Source of the DNA: a bacterium
GTDB taxonomy: Bacteria > UBA8248
Length of the DNA stretch: 64,000 bases
NCBI GenBank assembly: GCA_965213685.1
Contig: CBDBZY010000041.1
Location: 384,001-448,000, forward strand
Direction of reading: 5' to 3'
The notes under the pieces were generated by a model. That model was given only the letters and a program-made list of their open reading frames with translations. It made no database searches and was not told where the DNA came from. Numbering within the stretch: the first letter of the stretch is position 1; each line of letters begins with the position of its first letter. This document shows, piece by piece, positions 38,701-51,189 of this stretch. A program made the position numbers and the translations under genes.

Positions 38701-39454
38701 TATTCTCACTTTTGTACTAATTATTTCCCTATTCCTATTATTCTCAAAATTATGCCAGCATAATGTATCAAGGCCTATTCCTCACCCTCTGCCCCTCCAT
38801 TCTGCCCTTATTTCTCCTCCCCTTGTGCTCCTCCTGCCTTGTGGCTTGTCAGCTCCTGGTTAGTACCACTGTTTCATTCTTTCCTTCTCCTCCCCTCCCT
38901 CCATCCTCCTCTCTACCTCCCTCCCTACCTCACTCCCTACCTCCCTCCTTGGCTCACCACATTCCCCCAGTAACTCTCTTTGTACATGTACAATCTACAG
39001 TATGTACGACTATTTGCACGACTCCAATGTACATGTACACATACAATATGTACATGTATATTCATGTACATGTATATTAAATATTATGGATGTGTTGCTG
39101 TTCTGGTACAGGTGCCATCAGTTGTTATGGCCACACTTGCAGTCCTTGCCTTTGTAATTTTCATGTATTACATACCACTCCCCTCCCTCCCCTTTACATG
39201 AGTACATGTGCATGATGTATGGTACATGTACGTACATGTACACATGTGCACTGCACAGTAGCTTGGCCATGACGTGGCTGCCCTGCAGGAGTCTGCCAGC
39301 CTTCAGAGAGTGGTGCTGTCTACCTCACACTGTGCTCCATGCATGAGGTGAGCCTTCTGCATTGGTGGGAGAGAGAGGGAGGGAGGGAGGGAGGGAGGGA
39401 GGAATTGGTAAACTACATGTACATGTACATGTACACATACAAATGTGTGGTCTC

Positions 39455-39800
39455 CTGAGCTGTGGCCACCGGGTGACAGCCAGTCTTCACAATTCTCAGT
39501 ATCACTCCATATGTGCTGTCAGAACCCCATCAGAGATCGATCGGTAACTCCTCTCCATCAGGGAAGGAGCTACACTAAGTCTATATATTCATAGCAGTAC
39601 TGGTGAAGCTGGGTCTCCCTCTAGGGAGCCACTGAACACAACACGCAAGCTACGTTACACACGTGATGAAAAAGGTTAGGAATATTTTTAGATAACTGAG
39701 AAAAACTGGCAGCCACCCGGGATTGAACCAGGGGCCTCTGACTTAAGCTGTCGGTGCTCTACCACCTGAGCTATGGCCACCAGGTGACAGCCAGCCTTCA
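39455..39800 (-). mobile_element. tRNA-related ~310-bp repeat unit with terminal redundancy (SINE/retrozyme-like), copy 1
   Basis: A box tagctcaggtggtagagc and B box ggttcaatccc; begins and ends with 'gtgaag(g/a)ctggctgtcacc.ggtggcca.agctcagg'. Confidence 0.7.
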
Positions 39801-39816
39801 CAACATGTACGCATAC

Positions 39817-41657
39817 ACTGGTGTACTCTTGTAAGCAATACAAAATGCTACAGGAGGGAGGGGAGGAGGTGGGAGACCTTCTTGAAGAAGAAGTGGTTGG
39901 CCAGGTGATTGAGGACCATGGGATTAGAGGAGTCGATTGTGTAGGCCTTTGAGAGAAGTTCAACACCTTTCTTGATGGAGTCATGCTGGGAGGGAGGGAG
40001 GGAGGGAAGGTGAAATGGAGTGAGGGAGAGGGGAGGGGAGAAAGGATGAAAGGGGGAAGGAGGTGTCCACACAGTTCCACTCACCTGTTTGCTGTTCAGC
40101 TCCAGAATAGCCATGCCCACCAGAGCACCCACACAGTGATAGTCTAGCTCCAGACACCGGTGGAACACCATCCTGTGGAAAGTACATGAGGAAAAGCTTG
40201 GGAACATTTTTAGACAACTGTGAAAAACCATCAGTCGGGATCGGGATTGAACCGGGGGCCTTCAGCTGTCAGTGCTCTACCACCTGAGTTATGGCCACCG
40301 GGTGACAACCAGCCTTCACAATTCTCAATATCACTCTGTATATGCCATCAGAATCCCACTAGGGATCGACCGGTAACTCCTCTCCATCAGGGGAGGAGCC
40401 ATACCAAGTGAAATATTCTATATATTCATAGCAGTGCATGTGAAGCTGGGTCTCCCTCTAGGGAGCCACCGAACACAACACGCAAGCTACGATTTACATC
40501 AGAAAGGCTTGGGAATACTCTAGAGAACTGTGAAAAACCAGCAGCCACCCGGGACTGAACAAACAGTGGTCATGGGACAGTTGTGTTTGCATAATACTGT
40601 TCACCTTGCCTTCTGCAGATTTCCGAGCTTCACAAAACACAGTCCCATTCCCAGTCTGACAGCACCTGGAATGGAATGACAATACATTCTTACATATACA
40701 GTACATGTACATGTATTAATCAGTTAATGAGACAAGGGAAAGCAAAGCAACTATGCCTGAACAGAATGACAACACATTCTTACGTATATGATGTACATGT
40801 ATATCCCACATGTACACGTGTACATGTACATGTACTCTAAGCCGATGAGGTTGCTACTTACATGTACTGTATATTAATATTTCTAAGCCGTTGAAGTTGT
40901 TGTGGATTTTAGTTTGTTTCATAGCGTGTGATTATTTTTTCTTTCTCTCTTTGTTCACTTCCTCCTTTGATTATGGTGCGCTATGCACATGATTGCTCAT
41001 GTACATTGTACATGCAATACCTAGGCAGTTTGGGTTTGTCCTGAGAGCCTTCTTGTAGAAGACCAGAACTCCCTTGTAGTCCTTCTTGTTGTAAGCAATG
41101 CACGCCTTACCCAGCAGAGCTGGGATGTTCTCTGGAGACTGAGGGAGGGAGGGAGGGAGGGAGGGAGGGAGCGAGGGAGGGAAGGAGGGAGGGATGGAGG
41201 GAGGGAGGGAGGGAGGGAGGGAGGGAGGGAGGGAGGAAGGAAGGGAGGGAGGAAGGGAAGGAGGGAGGGGCTAGGTCAGTGAGGACTAGCACCCATCGTG
41301 TTCCTCTAACATGCTTGAGAGGGTGCAGTGATCCCTCTAACAGAAACCAAGCATGACTCTATACAGAGTTTGCTGACTCAGCAAATTAAGTAGGGTCGTG
41401 TGGGCATATATGCAATGCCATGGGGCACGTGACTCAATTAGTCTACATGTACATGTATGTGTGCAACCTCCTCTGGAATCTACATGTATGACCTTGTACA
41501 CGTGGCAGCATTGGGTGACCTGCTGTAGGACGAAGGAGAACTGAGCGTCAGCCTGATCCATCTTGTCTCCCTCCAGCAGATAGAAGTAGGCACGGCCCAG
41601 CAGATGGTTAGTGTCATACATGATGATCTTGTCAGCAGTTGTGTAGAGGAATGTCGC
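39817..41657 (-). pseudogene. CTR9: CTR9 (PAF1 complex TPR subunit) internal exons, partial gene copy
   Basis: Exons 41657-41520 [46 protein letters not shown]; 41138-41021 [21 protein letters not shown]..; ~40666-40606 AVRLGMGLCFVKLG; ~40173-40086 [21 protein letters not shown]; ~39985-39879 [35 protein letters not shown]. The next micro-exon (EYTS) lacks an in-frame AG, and the rest of the gene was not found. Confidence 0.9.
40195..40560 (-). mobile_element. tRNA-related repeat unit with terminal redundancy, copy 2 (different permutation)
   Basis: Same family as 39455-39800, but it begins and ends at 'gttca.tccc..ggtttttcacagtt.tcta..cccaagc'. Confidence 0.7.
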
Positions 41658-42003
41658 CTGTGAGGGAGGGAGGGAGGGAAGGAGAGAGTGAGGGAGGGAA
41701 GGAGAGAGGGAGGGAGAGAGAGAGAGGGGAGAGGGGAGAGGAGGGAGGGAGGGAGGATAGAAGGGAGGAGTGAAGGCAGAAAGGAAAGGGAGAGAAAAAG
41801 AGACAGAAAGAGAGGGGAGGATAGAAGGGAGGATAGAAGGGAGGATAGAAGGGAGGAGTGAAGGCAGAAAGGAAAGGGAGAGAAAGAGACAGAAAGAGAG
41901 GGAGTGGCAGAGGGAAGGAGAGGGGAGGAAGCACAGGAGAAGGAAGAGGTAAAGTAACACTCATGTCCAGTAGCCACATAGAATGTCTCAAATCTTCCTT
42001 TCA

Positions 42004-42962
42004 TACCTGGGATACTATGGATATCCTGGGATAATCCCAGGACTCCTCAAAGCATTCCACAGTAGTCCCATAGCAACCACTAATTTAAAATTACCTAGAC
42101 AATCCCAGGATGAACTAAGTTCTCCTTGCAGCATGCCCCTTGTCCGAGTATCCTGGGATTCCTGGGATACACAGACTATCCCAGGATAATCCCGGGATGA
42201 ATGTACATGTACATGTAGTTCTCCTTGCAGCATGCCCCTTGTCCAAGTATCCTGGGATTCCTGGGATACACAGACAATCCCAGGATAATCCCAGGATGAA
42301 TGTACATGTACATGTAGTTCTCCTTGCAGCATGCCCCTTGTCCAAGTATCCTGGGATTCCTGGGATACACAGACCATCCCAGAATAATCCCGGGATGAAT
42401 GTACATGTACATGTACATGTAGTTCTCCTTGCAGCATGCCCCTTGTCCGAGTATCCTGGGATTCCTGGGATTCACAGACAATCCCAGGATAATCCCGGGA
42501 TGAATGTACATGTACATGTAGTTCTCCTTGCAGCATGCCCCTTGTCCAATTATCCTGGGACTCCTGGGATACACAGACTATCCCAGGATAATCGCGGGAT
42601 GAATGTACATGTACATGTAGTTCTCCTTGCAGCATGCCCCTTGTCCGAGTATCCTGGGATTCCTGGGATACACAGACCATCCCAGGATAATCCCGGGATG
42701 AATGTACATGTACATGTACATGTAGTTCTCCTTGCAGCATGCCCCTTGTCCGAGTATCCTGGGATTCCTGGGATACACAGACAATCCCAGGATAATCCCG
42801 GGATGAATGTATGTACATGTAGTTCTCCTTGCAGCATGATATTTGTCCGAGTATCCTGGGATTCCTGGGATACACAGACTATCCCAGGATAATCCCAGGA
42901 TGAATGTACATGTACATGTACATGTAGTTCTCCTTGCAGCATGCCTTTTATCCGAGTATCCT
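42004..42962. repeat. Minisatellite of ~8.5 units, 97-105 bp, with internal inverted repeats
   Basis: 'ctccttgcagcatg' recurs at 42122, 42221, 42320, 42425, 42524, 42623, 42728, 42825 and 42930; length varies mainly by (TACATG)n copy number. Confidence 0.97.
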
Positions 42963-43589
42963 GCCTGCACAAGTATGATCATGATATCTATCCTGGGAAT
43001 GTGCCCCTACAGGTATCAACTTTAATGGAAATTGTGTCACTAAATGCACAAACCTCGTACTACAAACATTACTAATACCATTAATTCATAATTAAATTAC
43101 GAACCACATTTGAAATCAAAAATCAATGATGGTATGGCTGATTGGTATATAGCATTTTGGTAATGTTTCACACACGTTTGAACATAATATGGCCTGTGGA
43201 TAGACATAGGGTGTGAGACAAAGTTATAAGGTTAGGATGAAACTAGGATAGTGATGAGGCTATGTGATTAGATGATCTGTGATATCATGATGAGGTGGTG
43301 ATGAAGTTGTAAGAGATTTGGACGATCACTGTTGGCTGCGTTCGGTGAACTCATTTGCTAGATACTTCCTTGGGGATTTCCTCGGAGACTTCCTCATTGG
43401 GACTACAACAGAACAACTACGTTTCCTACTCTCCAGGGAATTCCTATCCAATGAAGTGAGAAACAATTAAGCACTAGTGTTTCATGTGTAACAACATGTA
43501 TGCTACTCTTCCAACATAAGCCGCAAGCATATAATATATGCTGTTATTGGGTCTTCACAAGTTAAAGGCCAAGATAAATACACCAATGC

Positions 43590-45780
43590 ACGTACATTGT
43601 GATGTCCTCTTCCTCTATTGCAGCCTTGAATTGCATCAATGACACCCCAAACTTCATGAGTTTTTCTGCCAGCTTTGCTGCCTCTTCTGGGTTTGATGGT
43701 AGCTCAGCTTTCTTTAACTCGTAGAGCTATACCAATGTTACATTAAAAAAATAAATAGACACACATGCATACATGTATATGCAAGTTGAAACACATTATC
43801 TCTTACGCACCATGTTAGTTCCACGCTGGGGTTTTCTCTCGATAACTTGCCCCAACTCTGCAGCCTGGAGGGCATAGAAGCCTTGCACTGCACCTTCTTT
43901 ATTGCCACGATCTCTAAATTTTTTCATTGCTAGTAGTGCATTGAGGTACAGAACCTTGCCTGGCAGAAGCAGTGAGTAGGCAGCATTAGCATGTGCCCAT
44001 CCTCCCATACGATCAGATATCTGTCCTTTGCCTGTGCAAATTTTATAAATATCTTTATAGATTGTTAATAATACACACTTGATACGCTGCATCATACAAG
44101 GCATAGGAATACTGTAGCATATGACATTGATCAGGAAGGCTGACAACCCATGTTGGTAGTATGTGTGTAGTGATAAGTGTACAGACCTGTTATGTCTACA
44201 TATGACTGTACATGTAAGTAGAGTACAAGATTTTGTGTCCTATTGTACGTCTCTTTGCTACGTTTAAGCCTCCTTGCTCAATGCTTTTAGTCATTTGTTA
44301 TTAGCTCTACATAAGGACAGTATACCTACACATGTAACTAACCTGGCTTCAATGCTTGGATTGCCTCACGTATATCACCTCTTCCTGCCAAATATGCTGC
44401 ATGCTGCAAGCAAAGGTCAACAAAGTTGACAGCAGCTGTAATGGCCTCTTCAGAAACGTGGTCTGGCACTTTGAGAGGGGTGTCACAGTGAAACAGAACA
44501 TGAAGGGCTGCAGCCACACGAAGAACTTGTCCCTTACTCTTGCTCAACATTCCTAGTGATATAAGAGTGGTTAATCCAATAACACCTCAGAAGTAATTGA
44601 TATAGGGGATTGAATATTATAATTCCACACCATGTGAATTTATGAGTGCATGTTTCAACTAGCTGAAGTACTCAGATACTCCCAGAATCTTAGAAGTTAT
44701 GTATTAGTAGTATCCTAACTTGCACTAGGCTTGTGGGAGAAGATGACAGCATGATGTAGGCAGGCCATGACCAGGAGTGCTTCTTAAATAGAGTAATGTG
44801 TCAGCCAATGTTTACTAGAAACACTAAGGGTGCAAAGTGTTAAATGATACTTCTTGGGTGTGAATAACACCTTACCAGATAAAAGGTCATCCATGCATGA
44901 AACCTGTTGGATTTGCTCTTGGATCATGTCAAACTTGTCCCTGAATGTTGTGATGGACCGAGACAGCTTCCAAGCCCTTATTTCCTTGCCATTGGTCCAC
45001 AAGGATGCCATTAAGCCAACTGTACAAAGAAAAATACACTGGCTATAAAATCTCATGTTCTGGCCAAGAGGTGTGTATTGGTGTATGCACTTTCCATGGC
45101 CACTACTGTACCAACATGTATACTATGGTTTTAACACAGAGCTGATGGTTGAAACTCACTAATAGAAACTGAAAAATCCTTATCAACTCTCTGAAGATCA
45201 TCAAATCGTACAATGTTGGGTTTTGGAATACACCACAAAAACCGTTGACTGAAGCCTTTCTCGGCATTTGTAGGCAACTCCATCAAAGTGCGAGCAACTG
45301 CAGGTTGTGTAAATCCTCCAACAGTGAGGCCAGTATACTTCATTTCGAAGTTAGCATCACCAGACACTACAAGGTAACAGATCATGTAAACCCTTTCATG
45401 CTAAGGTGTATGAAAGGGTAGCCCACCTGTTTTTCTAACCCACTGACTTCCACCATAAAGTTGGAGAAGAAGTGCTAACTCATGGGAGTCAGAAAATCCC
45501 CGTCCACGAAACACATTGATTTGTGAGAGAAACATAGGTAGTTCATCGTAGAGACCCAATAGCTTCCAGTTGTTGTCATTCATAAGGGCACCCATCTTCT
45601 CAAAGGACTGATCGTCCAAAAACCAAGATGGCTGGTTCTCCTCAAGGCCACTGTTGGATCTGGCATCCTCAACAAGCTTGCGTAAATACTTGCACAAGGA
45701 CGATTTTCCGCTTCCAGTGGGCATGCACACAGAGATCCACAGGAGGACTGGCTCAATCCAGTCTGTACCTTCCACAGACT
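43590..45780 (-). pseudogene. Spliced DUF3987/YfjI-like P-loop NTPase gene, 5'-truncated
   Basis: WIEPVLLWISVCMPTGSGKS (Walker A), SFEKM, LGLYDE (Walker B), LLLQLYGG..WVRKT, TVGGFTQP, KGFSQRFLW and SKSKGQVLRVAAALHVL..AAVNFV, spread over about 6 GT-AG exons. Confidence 0.75.
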
Positions 45781-48700
45781 GGATTGGGAGCTGGTTCATC
45801 ATCAGCTGTTTTGCTGGCTAGGGTGTGCACAGTTTGTCCACAACTACTGTGAGAAATATCATGCACCTCACGAACAATTCCTGCTTCATACTCTTCAATT
45901 AGTTGGTGAGGTAGCGATGACTCTGGCTCCCACATGGCAGTTGTTCTGTCCTTTCCAAGCCAAACAACCTGCATGTAAAGTTGAACATGTTTCATGGACT
46001 ATGAGTTATGTACCTAGGTGACAAATGCACCAAAATGGAAGTAGATTGTTATGTAATAGGACACAGGAATCTTGTGGTCAGTTTACATAGCAAGAGTGCT
46101 TCATTAATGTTCCAACACTTTACATTCTGAACACCTGGCCTAGCATATCAAATTTCAGTACATATTTGAATGAGTTAGGAAGAATAGTTTACATGGACTT
46201 CCATTGTAGTGAAGGATACTAGAAGCATAGGGTAGAAAGTATAAGAGAGCAATAATTTATTAGTACAGCTGTGTGTATATGCTTAATATGAGGGCTCTTT
46301 AATTAGGATATACATGTACAAGTACATATGTGTTAATCTACACCTACACATTAGTTTGGCAAGAGGGCATAACAAGAGAGCCTTAAAGGGGGGGGGGGGA
46401 CATGCCCAGTATCCAAAAAAATTTTATTGCATAATTGTAATTTCATGAATATTTAGATAATTTTAGTGATTTTTAAATATTTTTTACTCGCAACGTTAAC
46501 CGGAAAAACACGTTTCTATTCCGTTGCGGTTTCAGCCTACTTAAAATTCATAAATCTTCTTCCTGTATGGGTGTGGTCACGTGTGACGTCACAGAGGGGA
46601 GAGTATCGCTGGTCTAGCCAGTCAGCGTACGTGGTTACAGCCGTGGATCGTGCTCCTAGTAGCCGTTCTAGCGATGCTAGTAGCATCTTAATCTTCTACT
46701 ATTCTTAGTATTTCTTGCAAGGGACCAAGGAAAGCAACGGTGCGTCCGAGTACCGCGATTTAGACTGAGGAAGTGTGGTTGTCCGCGGTACCTTGACTGG
46801 AGGATACGACTCGTTTCCGCGCACAAAGGGACGACTCAAGCGAACCAAGACCAGAACAGACTCAGTTACAGCGAGTGATGAGGCGGTGCTACATATGAAA
46901 GACGTTTCCATGTAGCTATAGCTTGGAGCTAGTGAAATGAGTCAGTGCAGTGGCAATTGACTCTGAGTGTACATGCAGGCTGAGCCCTGACAGCGGACGA
47001 AGTGCTGGAGCTTGGCTATCATGACCACCAAGCACATTGCCAGGGCATGAAAGATTTGTTTAAATATCTGGGTTCTCCAAGCTGCCTACTGCTCTTACAA
47101 ACAGCACCATGGTAGTCGGACTTCAGGGAACATGAGTAACAGTCACATGTGCATTTGTCTTGTTTGCATGTTTCATCTGTCAGCTTTTTCAAGCAGTATA
47201 AATATATCGCTGGTCAGTGCTGGAGGTGACTTGGAAGGAATGTGAGCCGTTACCCAACTGTGTTGTTGTTATGTGGTGGTCAGAAAACATTTCCATCGAA
47301 ACGATGTACCCAATTCATTGAATGATACAAAAGATGTACCAAAATCGTTTAATTATAGATGTAAGAGCTGTATCATGTGCCCATACACATACAGATAAGC
47401 TATAGTTAATGTATACTTCACTTGTATAACAGTCATCACATCATGCTAATGAAGTCATACTATTACATGTAAATGCTCATAGCAGCAATACAGTGCTTGT
47501 GATACAGAATATGGTGTTGACGTCACCTCACAGCTCACAGCTAAAGCTACCTCTGCAGGTGAAACTCAGCATCTTTAGTTATATACCAAGCACATGAGCC
47601 ATTGATCTCAGCAACACATACATGTATATAGGTATTGCTTGTACTAGAGCATTCCTTTTGCTTTGACCCTCCACACAACAGACTCACGGGCATCACTTGC
47701 TGGGATTGTCCTTAACGGACCTAGTCTCAGCCAAGACCGCTCTCTCCTTTTGTATGCCTGTCTTGGTTCTTTACCAGCCTCGTATCACCGTTTGTAGTTG
47801 CTTCAGAGCTTGTGGTAACTCTACCTCCACCGCTACCGCTAACCCAGCTGAAGCGGAATAACAACTCGGGTGCAGCTTGCCACTCGGACTCCAAATACGG
47901 CGGAAAATGTACCAGGCCTGCTTGGTCGGTCCTACAGTTGCTTCAGTGGTTGACTCGAGCTCAAAACGTTCTTCGGTGAAGTGCGTTTCTATACAGAACG
48001 CTCCAATGTCGCGAGTTCTCTGAACGTGTCTGGCCCACCGCTGTGTCAGAACTACAAGGCTAGGAATCTTGAAGAAGCTGATACTACCATTTCTAGTGTT
48101 AGTATATATAGCTGCAACGCACAACTTCACCGTTTCTGATACTTCGTGGCCAACTAGCGCGATTCTGTGTGTACACGAACGCACGTTGAACTCGATCTCT
48201 CTCCCCTCTCTGACGTCACGTGTAACCACGCCCAGACCGGAAGAATTTTAGGGAATGTTGGGAATGTTGAAATTACTTCAATTATCGCACGTTTTCTAGG
48301 CTCGTTTTCCAGGTAATGCTGGAACTAAAAAATTTAGAAAAATATTTTTAATTATCTACACTGCATGGGTATCACAAAAATGTACAAAGTGACATAGTGA
48401 TTTTGGGCATGTCCCCCCCCCTTTAATAAAGTGAGTCTGCTATCACCATCCAACAGAGGGCAGCTACATACAAGCACATGATAAAATTAATGATGCCTAT
48501 AGTACCTGATAATGAGTCTGGGTTCTTGTTAGTCGCTTGCTAGGTATCAGTCCAACCTGATTTGGTGCCATATGTTGATCTGATGTTTCTGAAGTGGCTT
48601 GGGTGGCTGTTGGCTTATGCAAACCACAGTATCTAGACTTGAAATCAGGTGTGTTGCTGCAGCCAGTTGTAACTCTACCAGGAAGACCCAGGTACTCTAC

Positions 48701-49906
48701 AAATCCTGCTTCCATAGCAAAACACACATCACGGTGGTTTTTCATGTTTCCATCTATTACAAGAGTTTCTCCACAGCCTCTAGCCCTGCAGCGATGTCCT
48801 GTTATGATACACAAGGTAAATACGTTGGGGGTGGGGGGGACACATTTAGCATAAACAATAACTGTGCTATGCATATTATATACATACTATCCACCCAAAC
48901 TTACTACACATGCAACTAAAATGTGCATGCATGTGTATCCATATCCTAGTATAGTGACATCTCACCAGAGTTTTTCTTCATGAAAGCCTCATAAAATGTG
49001 CTACCAATTTGCAGCAGCGTGTCATTGACAGCTCCATGAAGAGGAAGGTCAGACAACTTCAAGTCATACCAGGCAGTAACTCTTAAGATGGCATACTGAA
49101 AATGGGCATCTTCAAGCCTTCATCTGTCCATAAGGCGGCGTTGGTTCAAGGAGCTGAAAGGTATGCTGCAAGTACATAATTATACCACATAAATAATTTG
49201 TTTTTAAACACTGCATGCACTGCACATGAATGGGGACACACCTGTGAAAAAAATGGTCGTTGGAACTGCTGTTGTGGACATGGTTGTATATATCAGTTCG
49301 CTGCTTGTAACTAAGTTGCCCTATTACTACCTCTGCATCAAGGCGCTTCAACATGTCCATTGAAAAGGCTGTTTCTTTGGAAGATACAAAATAGGGAAGG
49401 GAATTCCAGTCACTGTTGTAAATTACAGCACAAGATTGGGGTCCACCTTTGGTGTAGTAACCATAGTACTGAAAGAAGGGACATATCCTACGAGAACAGT
49501 ACTTGTGGAAATGGGAGGCTGGTAAAGTTCCACGTAAATCATCATACACAACAACTCGCACTGGTCTGTCTTTCCTAACTAAAAGTTTGCTGCCACAGAG
49601 AATGCAGGTACTGTTGTCACTTATGAGTGGAAGTCCCAATGGTTTGGCTGCAGGTAACTCCAGTTGAAGTACTTGCTTAAAAAGTACTTCATCAGTGGCA
49701 AAGGCAGATGAATTCAGTGTTTGGATATTTTCTGCTAAGGCTTTAGCTTGCTCAGGTGTTAGTGAAGATTCACTCTTCCCATCTGTTGCAAACTGCACAA
49801 CAAGACTCCAAAACTCTGGCAAATGCGGTGATAGAAAAACTGCTGCAAAAAGGATCTTTCTAAGGATGGATGCATCCTTTATATACTTTGCAATAAGCTC
49901 CAACAT
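45781..49906 (-). mobile_element. KDZ-superfamily transposase N-terminal region: CxC5-like + CxC6-like + chromodomain, spliced, catalytic part missing
   Basis: Exon 49906-49242 CILCG..VVYDD..HFHKYCSRRIC..YYGYY..YFVSSKETAFS; exon ~49167-48966 with a stop; exon ~48799-48507 HRC..GC..LVIDGNMKNHRDVC..GCSNTP..SRYCGLH..KRLTRTQTHYQ, splicing to 45968 VVWLG..WEPESSLP (chromodomain). Confidence 0.72.
46387..48422. mobile_element. Kolobok element remnant with a degenerate THAP domain, inside the KDZ intron
   Basis: TTAA TSD; TIR a(g)nacatgccca; subterminal inverted repeats at ~46570 and ~48200; minus-strand CVAA..FFKIP..QRW..C.ETHF..RF at ~48130-47960. Confidence 0.82.
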
Positions 49907-50089
49907 CTCCTGACTCTGATCTAGCTACACTCAGCAACACACCATGTGCTTTCACACCTTTCTGAGCATGCTCACATGCAAGTTGCAGCACATGGACTTC
50001 TCATGCTATGTGGTTTTACACCCTTCTGAGCATGCTCAGATGTGAGCTGTAGCACATGGTATTTGCTTGAGTGTGAAAGAAATGGCAGC

Positions 50090-50462
50090 CATATCACCAT
50101 GTCACCGTCGCCACCCAGCCACTGCTGTTGACAATATAGATGCGTGTGTGCACCCAGCATTGAACTGTATGCTTTATCCATTTCATGTGGTCCCGGTAGT
50201 ATAATAGGTAGGGCATCAGGCGGTGAAGAAAGTATGACCAACAAGCCACTGGTTTTGGAGATTACCTCACACAAAGTATATGCATATTATGTCACCATCA
50301 CCACCAGCCACTGCTGTTGACAATATACATGCGTGTGTGCACCTAGTATTCAACTGTATGTTAACCATTTCACGTGGTCCCGGTAGTGTAACAGGTAGGG
50401 CATCAGGCGGTGAAGAAAGTATGACCAACAAGCCACTAGTTTTGGAGATTACCTCACACAAA
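50090..50462. repeat. ~187-bp tandem duplication upstream of the KDZ gene
   Basis: 'ggtagggcatcaggcggtgaagaaagtatgaccaacaagccact..ggagattacctcacacaaag' occurs at ~50206 and ~50394. Confidence 0.88.
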
Positions 50463-51189
50463 GCATGTCACTTCACAATCCCCCAAAAGCATCTACTATT
50501 GACCATAAAACGTCTCATAACAAGGTACCAGAAAACTTTGAACGTTGTCCCAGTAGTGGACACAGGATAACGTTTTTTCATAGTTTCTAAACCATCCTGG
50601 TACAGAGATAATCTCACACAAACACCAGAACAGCTACTTCATAGAACATTCAAGCGCGAAAACGCAGCTGTCATGAGCTTCTATACAGACAGCGTACATA
50701 CACGACACTCACAGAGTCCCACGTAATCCAAGAGAGGACTTGAAATACGCAGAGCCGTCCTAAGAGGCTAGTTCAACGCGCTTTTGTACACATAAGTCGT
50801 GCACGTCCATCTTTCGCAACCGATGCAAGGAGTGTTTCAAGGATTTCCGTAAGTTGTCCGTGTACGCGTGCCGTTTCTAATCCACGTAGTCTACAATATC
50901 TATGGTGCAAGCGTGCATGGGCATGCGTTTGGGACCTTTGTCCGGATAATCATGATGTCCGTGTTTCAGGAGTCCAGCATAAGGGGTTCGACTGTACTAC
51001 TAGTGGAATGCTGGGCGAGCGGGAGCGAACCAGCTACAATCATAATTAAATGCTTATCTATTTTGATACATTTTAGTTTATGTACTATATACATGTAATG
51101 AAGATCTTATGAAAGTAGCACCATTTGCAAGATTAGCCAAAGTGTACAACCCTCAGACTGGCCTCTTGGAGACAAAGTTAATGTCCATG

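Larger units (their letters stand above)
33120..38776. mobile_element. MITE hosting the Gypsy insertion (33120-33256 plus 38380-38776)
   Basis: 20-bp TIR aggccttgatacattatgct / agcataatgtatcaaggcct; flanks read ATT/ATT (or TA/TA if the element starts at GG). Confidence 0.7.

Noticed and set aside
39705-39782. Functional tRNA gene
   Set aside because: A and B boxes are present, but it is embedded in a dispersed repeat with a divergent second copy and an irregular anticodon arm; treated as SINE-like.
39817-41657. Complete functional CTR9 gene
   Set aside because: Only about 165 aa of internal exons are present; upstream and downstream exons were not found and the next acceptor appears mutated.
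42119-42962. CRISPR-like regularly spaced palindromic repeats
   Set aside because: Whole units are repeated with no unique spacers, there are no cas genes, and the context is eukaryotic; it is a minisatellite.
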